DNA of 64,000 bases from a virus. The position numbers and the translations under genes are program-made. Below the pieces are notes generated by a model, which worked only from the letters and a program-made list of their open reading frames with translations, made no database searches and was not told the DNA's origin. The first letter of the stretch is position 1; each line of letters opens with the position of its first letter. The stretch lies in the IMG/VR virus record IMGVR_UViG_3300037149_000100. One strand, given 5' to 3'. Below are positions 8,404 through 18,400 of this stretch, one piece after another.

Positions 8404-9669
8404 ATGAAACTCTCACTCACCGCAAGACTTTTCCTGGCCGATGTCTCTGGGTCCACCAAGGCCACTATCATGCAGATGTACAAAGCCAAACCAACCTTCC
8501 CCAAGGATGAGGCCCAGATCGATGCCGTCCTTGCGGCTCTGGACTCCACGCTACCTCCAGGGCTTCCTTCAAATCGTCAGAAAGTATATCTGAAATATTT
8601 GGCCAAACAGCTATGGGGCATCACACCTCCAGGATTTGTTCTGAAAATGGCTCCTGATGGACAGATTGATTTTGAGGACAAGCCTCGTGTCAGTTCTACA
8701 CTGGCTAATTTTGAGCAGGCCATCAAGGACCAGACGCTAACTGGAGAAGCAACAAACGTCGAAGCCTATGCTACCCTGTCAGATATGCAGGAAGCTGCGG
8801 CCACAGAGAAAGGCCAGAAAGTAAAGGCCAAGTTCACTATTGATAATCTCCCCGAAGAGGCTGAATCCTCCAAGGGTGGACAGCCGGGTAACCCCCGTCA
8901 GGCTGTGGCTGAGGGTAGCAAGGTTATCGCTCAGGATGGAAGTTGGAAGTGCTATAAGATCAAAGCCGGGGACCCCAAGGGCAAGGAAGCCGGAAGCTGG
9001 CTAGGAATGAATGGCTGGTGGGGCGTGAGTTGGTGTGTGGGCCGCGATTATAGTAGTGAAGCTTGGAAGAGCCGTCCTTACATGAACGAAGGAGACTTCT
9101 ACTTCCTGGTTCGTGATGGAATCAGCCGCTACGCTATTGCTACGGATGGTTCTAAGGCTGATGTCTACAATCCTGCGGATGATGTGATTTGGCAGACCGG
9201 TGGAGCCAGTGGTGGGAATTTCCCATCCCTAGAAGCCACAGCCAAGCAGTTGGGAGCGGAGTTTAATGCTAGCTCTGTTTCTAGTCTTCCCCAAGAAGCA
9301 TTAGGTATCCTCCGTGCCGCGACCGCTGCGGACCCCTATTTGGCTGGTCTGATTCCCCCTGATCAGTTGAATGAGACCGATACGGCCTCGTTGGACAAGA
9401 TTATTGCCTCCTGCCCTGCTGAAGGATTGGTCGAAGACTTGAACTCCAATTCAGGTTACCGTGGTAAGGGTGTGACGGCGGGTATCGTCAATCGCTGCGT
9501 GGCCAAGAACAACAAGAACGGTGCGAAAGACTTCAGTGCCGTGTGGGACCAGTTTGGCGAACAGGCTATGATCATGTATATCGAAGCCCTTGCCACTAAC
9601 GGCTATAAAGAGCTACCCCCCTCATTGGAGGCTTACTTTGTCAAGGAAGCGGAGAACTTCGAGTTCTAA
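8404..9669 (+). CDS. hypothetical protein with G-x-x-W-C (PcfJ-like) module
   Basis: GAGG RBS; GVSWCVGRDY...YMNEGDFYF motif, recalled from large-phage proteins. Confidence 0.4.
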   Translation: MKLSLTARLFLADVSGSTKATIMQMYKAKPTFPKDEAQIDAVLAALDSTLPPGLPSNRQKVYLKYLAKQLWGITPPGFVLKMAPDGQIDFEDKPRVSSTLANFEQAIKDQTLTGEATNVEAYATLSDMQEAAATEKGQKVKAKFTIDNLPEEAESSKGGQPGNPRQAVAEGSKVIAQDGSWKCYKIKAGDPKGKEAGSWLGMNGWWGVSWCVGRDYSSEAWKSRPYMNEGDFYFLVRDGISRYAIATDGSKADVYNPADDVIWQTGGASGGNFPSLEATAKQLGAEFNASSVSSLPQEALGILRAATAADPYLAGLIPPDQLNETDTASLDKIIASCPAEGLVEDLNSNSGYRGKGVTAGIVNRCVAKNNKNGAKDFSAVWDQFGEQAMIMYIEALATNGYKELPPSLEAYFVKEAENFEF

Positions 9670-9692
9670 GCTGAATGAGAAAGTAAGGTAGT

Positions 9693-11546
9693 ATGAGTAG
9701 TAGGCAGCGATTTACTCAAAAAGCAAGAGAATCCGTGTTGGGTGGGTTGGTTGACACCCATATTACAGACAGTACCACTATGCTCAATGCATTGGAGTTC
9801 ATTGAATCTCCAAGTGGACTAAATATAACCTTATACCCGGTTCAGCGTGTTCTGATCAAGTTGATTTTTGGCATTCCGATGGATTGGAATGAGCATGAAG
9901 TCCCCGTTTACGATCAATTCTGTGAAAAACTCCTGTTTACCTTTACAGAACGTGAATACATCCGTTATGTATTTGAAAAGGGGCGCATCAATATCCCCAC
10001 TTGGGAAGATGCCAGCCCACTTGGTTATAATGAAATTGATATGATTGTTGGTCGTCGTGGTGGAAAGTCTGTGGTGGTCGCCGCAGTCGCTGCTTATAAG
10101 CTCTACCTCTTGTTGAGCCACCGAGATCCCCAGGAATATTATGGTCTGGTTCCCGGTTCCCCTATAGACCTGACGATGATGGCACAGGACTCTAAGGGGT
10201 CTTCTCGTTTATATGACCAGCTAAAAGAGGACATCAACCGAGCCCCCTTCTTCGCACCATATATCAAATCCATGACTGGTGAGGAGATGACGTTCATCTC
10301 AGAGGCTGACCGTGGCAAGCGAGAACTCACCCCATCCATTAAAGCAGCCGCTTATCCGTGTACAACCAATGCAGTGCGGGGACCCAGCAGCTATTTCCTG
10401 GCCCTGGACGAGTTTGCCCACTACAGGCAGCAGATTGGATCCACTTCGGACGAGATGTACTCCGCCGCCGCCCCAGCTACGATGCAGTTCAAAGGTGGGG
10501 GAACGAGAGAGGGTTTGAGGGAAAGTATGATTTTTATCATAACTTCCCCAGTTAACAAAATTGGTAAATACTATACCTTGTTCAGGGATGCGTTAGAAGA
10601 AGGCCCCAGCAGCCCTGTGTTGGCCTTCCAATGCAGCACCGCAGAAATGAACCCCCGTTCAGATACCCCATTCCTCAAAAAGGAATACAAGGACAACCCC
10701 GAAAAGTTCAAGGCTGAGTATGGTGGGGAGTTCCTGGATGCTTCGGAAACCTACGTCAAGGGCTTGACGATTGATGAGTGCGTTGATCAAGATAGGGGTA
10801 ACGTCACCACCCTCCTCTCTTCCATGCTCGGGCACAATTACTTCTGGGGACTTGATTTAGGAATGAAGCATGATGCCACAGCCCTGGCAGTCTGTCACTG
10901 GGAAGGGGGGCAGAACAGAGCATGGCTCGTATTCGACTATATAGATAGACTAATGGTTGGGGAGGACAAATACAAGGATGTGGCTGAACTTCCGCTGGAT
11001 GATGTGCTTGACTGGCTAAAGAACGCGCACTCCATGCTCCCGTGCTTCCAGGGGGTAACTGACCAGTATGGTGGGTCTCTCTTGGTCCAACTTCTCACAG
11101 CGAATCAGGTTACGGGGATTGAATTACTGCATTTGACTTCAGGTGTGAACTCGCAGATGTATCTGACACTAAAAACTCTTATGGAGAATCGTCAGGTAAA
11201 GTTTCCCAATGTTTCAAAGTTCGTATTGGAAATGAAGTTCTTAGAGGCATCCTTTATTAACAAATATCAGGTGGTTGTAAAAGCCCCAACGGAAAAGGAC
11301 GCTCATGATGACATGGCCGATGCGGCAGCTCTTGCGGCATACAAAGCGCAGCTATGGGCTCTGGGTGATGGAAAACGAGTCATGTGGGATATCATGCAGG
11401 GGGTGCCACAGAACATGGTTCCTGGAACTATCAGGGGGGGATGGGATATGAACGGCTCCCTGGCCAGCTTAAAATCTTATGAACGACAGTTGCAACATCA
11501 ATTAAATCCTTATGGTGCAGTTAGAAACCCCTATCAAAGGCATTAA
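9693..11546 (+). CDS. terL: terminase large subunit
   Basis: Q-motif YPVQ, Walker A GRRGGKS, Walker B LALDEFAH, coupling motif ITSP, RNase H-like GLDLG..HDATA and HDDMAD. Confidence 0.92.
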   Translation: MSSRQRFTQKARESVLGGLVDTHITDSTTMLNALEFIESPSGLNITLYPVQRVLIKLIFGIPMDWNEHEVPVYDQFCEKLLFTFTEREYIRYVFEKGRINIPTWEDASPLGYNEIDMIVGRRGGKSVVVAAVAAYKLYLLLSHRDPQEYYGLVPGSPIDLTMMAQDSKGSSRLYDQLKEDINRAPFFAPYIKSMTGEEMTFISEADRGKRELTPSIKAAAYPCTTNAVRGPSSYFLALDEFAHYRQQIGSTSDEMYSAAAPATMQFKGGGTREGLRESMIFIITSPVNKIGKYYTLFRDALEEGPSSPVLAFQCSTAEMNPRSDTPFLKKEYKDNPEKFKAEYGGEFLDASETYVKGLTIDECVDQDRGNVTTLLSSMLGHNYFWGLDLGMKHDATALAVCHWEGGQNRAWLVFDYIDRLMVGEDKYKDVAELPLDDVLDWLKNAHSMLPCFQGVTDQYGGSLLVQLLTANQVTGIELLHLTSGVNSQMYLTLKTLMENRQVKFPNVSKFVLEMKFLEASFINKYQVVVKAPTEKDAHDDMADAAALAAYKAQLWALGDGKRVMWDIMQGVPQNMVPGTIRGGWDMNGSLASLKSYERQLQHQLNPYGAVRNPYQRH

Positions 11547-11585
11547 AAATCAAAACTTCCTCCCCCTATTGAGAGAGGGAGGCGT

Positions 11586-11783
11586 GTGTCGGACTCTGAT
11601 GAACTGCTCTTCAAAATCCAGCAGGATATTGAAAAACTGACCAAGCGGGTTGGTCAGATAGAGGAGGATTCTGGCTCGGTCACAATGGTTCAAAGCAGAA
11701 TCTTGAACTCTTTAAATGACCTACAGACTTCTGTATTGAAAGTACGAGAAGCCTTATTGAGAGTGAGAGAGAAACTAGGATGA
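11586..11783 (+). CDS. small coiled-coil protein
   Basis: GGGAGG RBS, heptad pattern. Confidence 0.6.
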   Translation: MSDSDELLFKIQQDIEKLTKRVGQIEEDSGSVTMVQSRILNSLNDLQTSVLKVREALLRVREKLG

Positions 11784-12469
11784 GCGAAGAACTATTTGAT
11801 GACGAAGAAATTTCCAGTGAGGAGGGGAAGCGGTCAAGAACTCGGTATTTACCGAGTAAGACGACTATCAAGGATGACCTCCAGGAAATCTATGATACGG
11901 AGCGTCAGATTGGCTCTGCTGTGTTCAAACTTCACCAACTCATTGCTCAGGTGGGGGAGATGCTAAGCAAAAAAGCTGACTCAGAGGAGTTAAGTGAAGG
12001 TCTTGAAGACCTCAACCTGTATCTTGAAACCAACAGTAAAACCGTCCAAGAGCGTTTATCTGATATCAAAGCTGCGGCTGATGCGTTCACCAATCATTTG
12101 GCCAAGATTGATAACGACTGGATCAGGGTCCAGAGGGCTACCAACGAGACCCTGAAATCCCATGGAATAGATCCCACGACCCTGGCCGAGGAATCTGACA
12201 AAATAAAAAAATTGGGAAGATGGATGACTGTAATCCAGATGGTTGGAGTATCACTTGTAGTGAGTGTCGTCTCAGCTATAATTATGTCCACAGTTAGCAA
12301 GACCATCATCTCTGATCAGAAATTGATAAATGATCAATTGTTGCAGCAGAATCAGCAAATTTTGTTGCAAAATCAGCAAATCCAACGTATACTGGATGAT
12401 CACATGGCTGATGACGAGAGGCGTTATCAGCGAAACGTTGACCCACTCCCCGACAAAACCCATCACTAG
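11780..12469 (+). CDS. coiled-coil protein with one TM segment (holin/XhlA-like topology)
   Basis: TM WMTVIQMVGVSLVVSVVSAIIM; QQNQQILLQNQQI repeat. Confidence 0.45.
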   Translation: MSEELFDDEEISSEEGKRSRTRYLPSKTTIKDDLQEIYDTERQIGSAVFKLHQLIAQVGEMLSKKADSEELSEGLEDLNLYLETNSKTVQERLSDIKAAADAFTNHLAKIDNDWIRVQRATNETLKSHGIDPTTLAEESDKIKKLGRWMTVIQMVGVSLVVSVVSAIIMSTVSKTIISDQKLINDQLLQQNQQILLQNQQIQRILDDHMADDERRYQRNVDPLPDKTHH

Positions 12470-12482
12470 GCAAAAATTTCCG

Positions 12483-12512
12483 TATACGGTTTCACTGGGT
12501 TGTGGGTATAAT
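12483..12512 (+). promoter_or_regulatory. early-type promoter TATACG-N18-TATAAT
   Basis: Same geometry recurs at 28192, 54582, 59608, 63217, 63864. Confidence 0.65.
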
Positions 12513-12538
12513 AGGTTGCAGGTTCACAGGAGGTTTTC

Positions 12539-13351
12539 TTGACAGATTCTTTTGTTTTCTCTTCAAAAATGCTAGGACACGGCTCGGATGCCGTTCCTGA
12601 ATACGAAGGTGAACCGTTCACAGGAGACGGAAAGCACTTCATCGGTCAGGACGGATTTGTCGTTCCGGCAGGCTTCATCGAGTTCTTCGAACGCTACCCC
12701 GTATACGTCCGGAACTGGGTGTCGAAGAAACTCCGCAAGTGCAGCACTCATCCAGATGTGGAGGACTGGACGCAGACGCTGCTAACGCACTTGTACCAGC
12801 TTCACCACGGTCGCACCATCAAGGGTACCAAGGGGGAGGAGGATCGTGAGATTGGGGGAACCCTGTACAAGCTGGGATTCACCGATGTGATTCACGCTTT
12901 CAACCCATGGGCTCAGCACGGTGCTTCGGCCCGTAGGTTTTTCAATTTCGTCAACACTTGTCTTACCAACAAATACATCAGTCTTCGATCCAAGTACGGC
13001 AAGGACGCGACCAACCACTCGCTGTTCAGTCTCGACTCCCCCACCCCCATCCAGGGCATGGACGAGTCCAACGGCCCGATTAGCCGTGAATACCTGTTGA
13101 TGGACCGCTCCACCCTCTATCGGGATCAGGTGGCTGAGAATCGTCCCCTCACCGCTGATGATGTGTTCATCCAGCAGTTCAGGGATTTCGTGGAGCGAAA
13201 GGATCCGGAATTGCTTCCCCTGGTCAGTGCGATCATGAACAAGGATAAGGTGGATGAGATTCTTGAAGTTCTGGGTTATGACCAGAACCGCTACCTCCGT
13301 GACCGGAAGAAACTGATTCGACTGTCCAAGTCGTTTCAGGCAGGAGACTAG
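12539..13351 (+). CDS. phage-encoded RNA polymerase sigma factor (sigma70 family, regions 2 and 4)
   Basis: ERYPVYVRNW...DVEDWTQ...FNP...FFNFVNTCLTNKYI..R.K...SLDSP (region 2); VDEILEVLGYDQNRYLRDRKKL (region 4); AGGAGG RBS. Confidence 0.72.
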   Translation: MTDSFVFSSKMLGHGSDAVPEYEGEPFTGDGKHFIGQDGFVVPAGFIEFFERYPVYVRNWVSKKLRKCSTHPDVEDWTQTLLTHLYQLHHGRTIKGTKGEEDREIGGTLYKLGFTDVIHAFNPWAQHGASARRFFNFVNTCLTNKYISLRSKYGKDATNHSLFSLDSPTPIQGMDESNGPISREYLLMDRSTLYRDQVAENRPLTADDVFIQQFRDFVERKDPELLPLVSAIMNKDKVDEILEVLGYDQNRYLRDRKKLIRLSKSFQAGD

Positions 13352-13386
13352 AGCCGTTCGCATCGCAACAAACCCGGAGGAGTTAA

Positions 13387-13719
13387 ATGAGCAAAACCGA
13401 CAAAATCATGGAAGTCCCCAAATCAGCCGATGAGAAGCGGACGGACCCCCCAGAGCCGCATCAACTCAAGGCTCGTGTGCGGAAAGTTTATCCTCCGCAC
13501 ATGCAAGTGCGGAGGTATGGTGAGGGTGGATTCTATGTCAAGCCCCACGGTCTCCCCCACCTCAACCATTGGATCTACTACGATCATTGGGTTGACCGAA
13601 CTGACTTGCCCGGTATTCTGAGATGGTTTGAGGGGCGCTACCCTGAAACGTGTGGGTTACCGGTGCGGTTTATTAACTGCGCTCCTATTGAGTGTGGCAG
13701 AGAAGTGATCCCAAACTAA
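13387..13719 (+). CDS. hypothetical protein
   Basis: GGAGGAG RBS. Confidence 0.65.
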   Translation: MSKTDKIMEVPKSADEKRTDPPEPHQLKARVRKVYPPHMQVRRYGEGGFYVKPHGLPHLNHWIYYDHWVDRTDLPGILRWFEGRYPETCGLPVRFINCAPIECGREVIPN

Positions 13720-13734
13720 GTAGAGGAGAACGGC

Positions 13735-14157
13735 GTGGGCCATGGAGTTGAAGAGGGGGACGTTTGCGGTCGCAATGGATGCGAGGGGGTAATAGAAGTG
13801 CATCCCGTGGAGGGGTGTAGTTGTCATATTAGCCCACCATGCTCGGCGTGTACAAAGCCACGAAACTTCTGTCCTGAGTGCGGATGGGAACTTGCCGATG
13901 ATGAGGTTTTCAATGACTACCTAGTCAATGTGGATCATGAGACTGGCTCATTTAGATTCTGGGAACCCAGGCCGCTCGACCCCACTAAAATTGATTGGAG
14001 ATCCAGCTCTCATACCAATTCATCTATGATTAAGGAGGGTGTCTACCCTCCAGGAACCACTTCTGGGGAGGTTCGAAAACTGGTGGATGGGACGTTTGGT
14101 GGTCGTTTTGAATATTTCAAGGACGGTAAGTTCAAGTTCATCGCCTACACGGATTAA
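13735..14157 (+). CDS. Cys-rich phage protein
   Basis: GAGGAG RBS; CSCHISPPCSAC and CPECG. Confidence 0.7.
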   Translation: MGHGVEEGDVCGRNGCEGVIEVHPVEGCSCHISPPCSACTKPRNFCPECGWELADDEVFNDYLVNVDHETGSFRFWEPRPLDPTKIDWRSSSHTNSSMIKEGVYPPGTTSGEVRKLVDGTFGGRFEYFKDGKFKFIAYTD

Positions 14158-14169
14158 AGGAGCTAGATT

Positions 14170-14307
14170 ATGAACGGATACTATGATGAGGGCTGGAATG
14201 CCAGAGTCCAGGGGGAGGCATACGACTTCACCAAATCCCAGGACTGGCGGGATGGGTGGAAAGATTGCGATGAGGCTCCAGAGAAGGATCACATCTTGAT
14301 GGATTGA
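14170..14307 (+). CDS. 45-aa ribosome modulation factor (Rmf)-like peptide
   Basis: Not in ORF track; AAGGAG RBS; MNGYYDEGWNARVQGEAYDFTKSQDWRDGWKDCD matches the G(Y/W)xA-x2-G...W-x2-GW pattern. Confidence 0.55.
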   Translation: MNGYYDEGWNARVQGEAYDFTKSQDWRDGWKDCDEAPEKDHILMD

Positions 14308-14313
14308 AACAAC

Positions 14314-14427
14314 GGTGTCGATGACCTGGGACCACGGCTCCCATGCCTCACGGCGGGTTATCCCATGGGTAGTAGGTTGGGCTAACCTCCCAATTTGCGG
14401 AGCGGTTCGAATCCGTTGGCACCCTCA
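14314..14427 (+). ncRNA. tRNA-like structured RNA (non-canonical)
   Basis: Terminal stem ggtgtc/ggcacc, canonical T-arm agcgg-TTCGAAT-ccgtt, about 80 nt of internal hairpins, no standard D or anticodon arm. Confidence 0.55.
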
Positions 14428-14468
14428 GAGTAATATGGTGTAACTAGTGGCCATTAAGGATCATTCAA

Positions 14469-14807
14469 GTGTTCACAACCGAAATTATTTTAAGTTTATC
14501 CAACAAAAAGCTTTACTCCAAGCCGCTCCGGCAAGCTGTAGAACCAAGGGCGGTGACGGACCCACGGTTGGCCTACACGTATGCTTTGGCGATACTAAAA
14601 CAAAGATGGCCAGAGGCGGAGCCGATTATCACTAAATATCCTATGTGGGCCTACTGTTATGCTTTGTATGTGATGAAACAGAGATGGTCGGAGGCAGAGC
14701 CGGTTATCGCTAAGGATCCTGAGTGGTCCTATTTGTATGCTCGGAATGTGATGAAACTAAACGAAACGCAAGCGAAGGAATGGAATGGAATGGAGTCTGA
14801 GCGATGA
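14469..14807 (+). CDS. 24-aa helical repeat protein (RWPEAEP repeats)
   Basis: About three copies of DP..AY.YA..(I/V)(L/M)KQRW(P/S)EAEP.I; start uncertain. Confidence 0.65.
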   Translation: MFTTEIILSLSNKKLYSKPLRQAVEPRAVTDPRLAYTYALAILKQRWPEAEPIITKYPMWAYCYALYVMKQRWSEAEPVIAKDPEWSYLYARNVMKLNETQAKEWNGMESER

Positions 14808-15430
14808 GTGAAGAAGATTTTGAATTTGGTGACAAGCTACCCTTTCTGGATGATGAGATTCACCCCGATAGGTGGTTAAGGGCTAGGACCGAAATTGATC
14901 ATGTTTCCCTTCTTGAAGAATTCATAAAGAAGCCCATTACGGGGAACGTGATAAATTGCCCTCTGGGGACTCACTCAGATTCCACACCCTCATTCAATAT
15001 CTACCGGAACACCAATTCGTCCCATTGTTTCGGTTGCCCTGGGACCACGAAAGAACAATACAACGACAACGTTACGCTGGTCGCCAAGTGGTTTAGCATC
15101 AACAAAGTTGCAGCCCTGCAATGGCTGGAGAAGCACTTCAAGCTCCCTCCCATCGCTGGGCAAGCGGCTGAGCCTGAAGAGGAAGATGAAACAGATGAAG
15201 AGCCAGCCAACCCCTTCACCGTGAAAGATTTGGCACCAGCCTTCCTCGCTCTTGCCCCCACCCTGATTGAAACGGTGGGGGATGCGAAGTATTTGATTAA
15301 GAAATACTTCCTAGCCGAACATCTGGAGAATCCGCTACTTTTGGCCCAGGTTCTCGGACGGGCAAGGTTGGAGAGTATTAGACTATCAGGACACGTGACG
15401 AATGAAGGAACAGGAAGAGCAGTTAAGTGA
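14804..15430 (+). CDS. primase CHC2 zinc-binding domain protein
   Basis: CPLGTHSDSTPSFNIY...HCFGC; no TOPRIM domain. Confidence 0.8.
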   Translation: MSEEDFEFGDKLPFLDDEIHPDRWLRARTEIDHVSLLEEFIKKPITGNVINCPLGTHSDSTPSFNIYRNTNSSHCFGCPGTTKEQYNDNVTLVAKWFSINKVAALQWLEKHFKLPPIAGQAAEPEEEDETDEEPANPFTVKDLAPAFLALAPTLIETVGDAKYLIKKYFLAEHLENPLLLAQVLGRARLESIRLSGHVTNEGTGRAVK

Positions 15431-18400
15431 GCAGGATCCCATCATAACTGGGAAGAAGCCCCGCAAAAAGAAAGAAAAAAAGCCCAAGGCCCCCAAGGTA
15501 AAGAAGACGCTCCGCGAGATATTTATGGAGCGCCTTGCCCTTATTGACATTGAAAAGCTGAAGAAGCCCTGGATGGCCACCAAGTCATTCAGGTTGATCG
15601 ATACGGCTGAGGAGCTTCAACGCTGGGTCGATACGGTCATGAGCGATCCTGGACGCTGCCAGACCCACAGTTGGGCTTCTCATACGGGTCCCGTCATCGC
15701 AGTCGATACGGAGACGGATGGCCTGGACATTCGGGTGATTAATGGGAAAATGAAGACCAAGTTGGCAGGCGTCTGTTTGTCTGCTGATGGGGTAGAGGGT
15801 CTGTACATTCCTGTGGGGCACGAGTCAGGGAACAACATCCCCGCGACTCAATTGGCCCCTATCCTTCAGAAGCTGTTTGACCGATGCCATCTGGTATTTT
15901 TTAATGCCAAGTTCGACCGGGAGGTGCTGCGGTTGAGCCTTGGCATCACTTTCAGAGATTACCCGTTTTTCGAGGATGTGCAGACACTCACATATCTTGA
16001 TGATCCTAAGGCCAAGGTCGATGACAAAGGGTCTGGTTCGTTACAGGAAGGCTTGAAAGTTCTATCCAAAGTAAAATTGGGTCTGGAGCAGATTGAACTG
16101 GAAGATTTGGTCAAGGTAAAGGCCAAGGTCTTTAATGTAGAATTGAATAAAGATACTCAGCGCATGGTGTACTGCCCTTTCACCTGGGTTCCAACCGGCA
16201 TGGCTCTCTGGTATGCTGCTTCCGATGCGATCACCACATGGTTGCTTTGGAAGCTGTTTCATTCGGAACGAGATTTTTCCAAGATGCTTGGGGTACACCG
16301 GCTTGATCACCTTCTAGTCGATACGATTACTTGGATTGAACGTCAGCGCCCCCGTGTGGATGGCGAACGCCTTAAAGATACGATTGATTTCCATGCGAGT
16401 CGAGTCAAGCAGCTTACTGAGGAGTTGGGTAGGATCGCAGGGATAGAAAATTTCAATCCTGGGTCTACGGCCCAGATTACCCAAGTCTTATTCCAGGACA
16501 GAGGCATGGAGGTGATCGAACGGTCAGAAAAAACCAACGACCCCTCTACGGCTATCGGTGTGTTGAAGGAACTGCACAAGCGGTACCCTAAGGATGAATT
16601 TTTGATTAAACTGATGGACTTCCGCGAATATGCGGCTCTCCATCCATCCAGTATGCGGTACGACCCGATTGACCACACAATCAGATTCTATCTTAAACAG
16701 AACGTGGTGGCTGGTGGCCGACTCGCTGCGGCGGGTGGTGAGTTTGAAAAGGATGGTGGTTGCGGACTCAACCCTCAGGCCATCAAGAAAGTAGGCGGAA
16801 ACTGGTGGGTTAGGGGAAAGCTACTCCCAGACCAGTCGGTTGCACCTGAGGTCGAATCCTACCCGGATACTTCCAAACTGGACCCTTCCTGTTTCAATAG
16901 GGATAAGCAGTTGGCCCCCAACATTCATCCCAACAACCATACCGCTACCTACTTCGGTAAACATTATTGCATGATCCCTTCGTGTACTACTTGTGAGGGG
17001 AGGGTTGATTCCAGAATTGACGCGAATGAAATTATTAATTTCAGAGGTTTAATCGTAGCAGACCCTGGGTGGAGTATTTACGTCTACGATTTTTCAAATA
17101 TCGAGATGAGAGTCGCGGCAAACGTAAGCTCAGAGCCACTCTTCATCAAAGAGTTCCTGGAAGGGACGGGGGACTTTCACTCCCTTACCGCTACCGCTCT
17201 TTTTCCTGAGTTCTCAGACCCTGCCACTCCTAAAGCTAGGAAGAAAGAGCTTCGCTCCCTCGCTAAAATCATCAATTTCGCCTTGCTGTACGGCGGCACC
17301 GCTTATACGATTATGGAGAATCTGAATAAAGAAGGTTTTGCCACCACTTTTGACGAGGCTGAGGAACTGGTTAAACGGTACTGGGATTCTGTGCCTACGT
17401 TTGCCGCATGGTGTCAAAATAAGCGTGATGTGGCCAGGGCGAAGATGATTTGCCGAACCTCCACGGGTCGAATCATTAATTTTGAATCGGCCATGAAGGG
17501 ATTCAAAATCCATATACCTGAGAAGTGGGAAAAGGATAATTTCTGGGAGTGGAAGAAACTGACCAAGCGCGAAGTGGAACTGACCCGTCTGGAGCTTAAA
17601 GAGGATGCACTGGCGATTAAACAAGCCGCTGAAGCGATGTGGGCTAATCCTAAAACCGGAGTAAGGAACGCTCAGGAGTTTAATCGGTTTCTGGGCAAGG
17701 CAGAACGTGTAGCCCTTAACATTCCGTTGCAGGGGGTGGCTGGGGATCTAATGCGCTGTGCGTTGAACCGAATCCGTGTCTGGGCCTTGGCGAACCCAGG
17801 ACTGGAGAAGGTGTTCCGTCTCCACCTGACCGTGCATGACGAAATTGACTTCTCAGTTAAGAATGAGTTTGCTCCCTACGTTCTTCCTCGTTTAAACCGT
17901 TTCATGAAGCTTCGTAAACTCCATGAATCCAAGAAATGGCCGGTGCCGATTGAAACCGACTGTGAGTATGGCCAGACCTGGGATGTAAACTACCACCTGA
18001 CTGGAGATGATAGCCATAAGGCGGCTGGGTGGTCCGGAGTCCCTGGGATGGAGTCCTACATCCCTCCTGATTTTGCTGAGGATGTGGTCGAGAAGATTGT
18101 TTACGCATGGTCGAATGGTGGTGAGGAGAGAGTAACCAAGTGGCTCCAGCAACTCCACCCCAGGGTCCAGGGCTACCTGAGTGAGCTTAATGATGACCCT
18201 GATACGGTTCGTCATTACATTACTATAATGCTGCAACTCCACGAATTCTGGCAGATTGACGAAGATGAGCAAGATGAGCAAACGCTTATGCAGTATGCAG
18301 AGGAGAATGGTTTGAAAATAACGGATGAACCTCTTATCGGTGGACTGGCCGGGTATTTGGACTCAGTGCCACCAGAAGATATTATAGAAGTGGCTGAACC

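Noticed and set aside
14314-14427. Canonical tRNA, tRNA-Sec, suppressor tRNA or tmRNA
   Set aside because: TCA, CAT and CTA occur in loops but not with U33/purine-37 geometry; no D-arm GG, no G3-U70, no tag ORF
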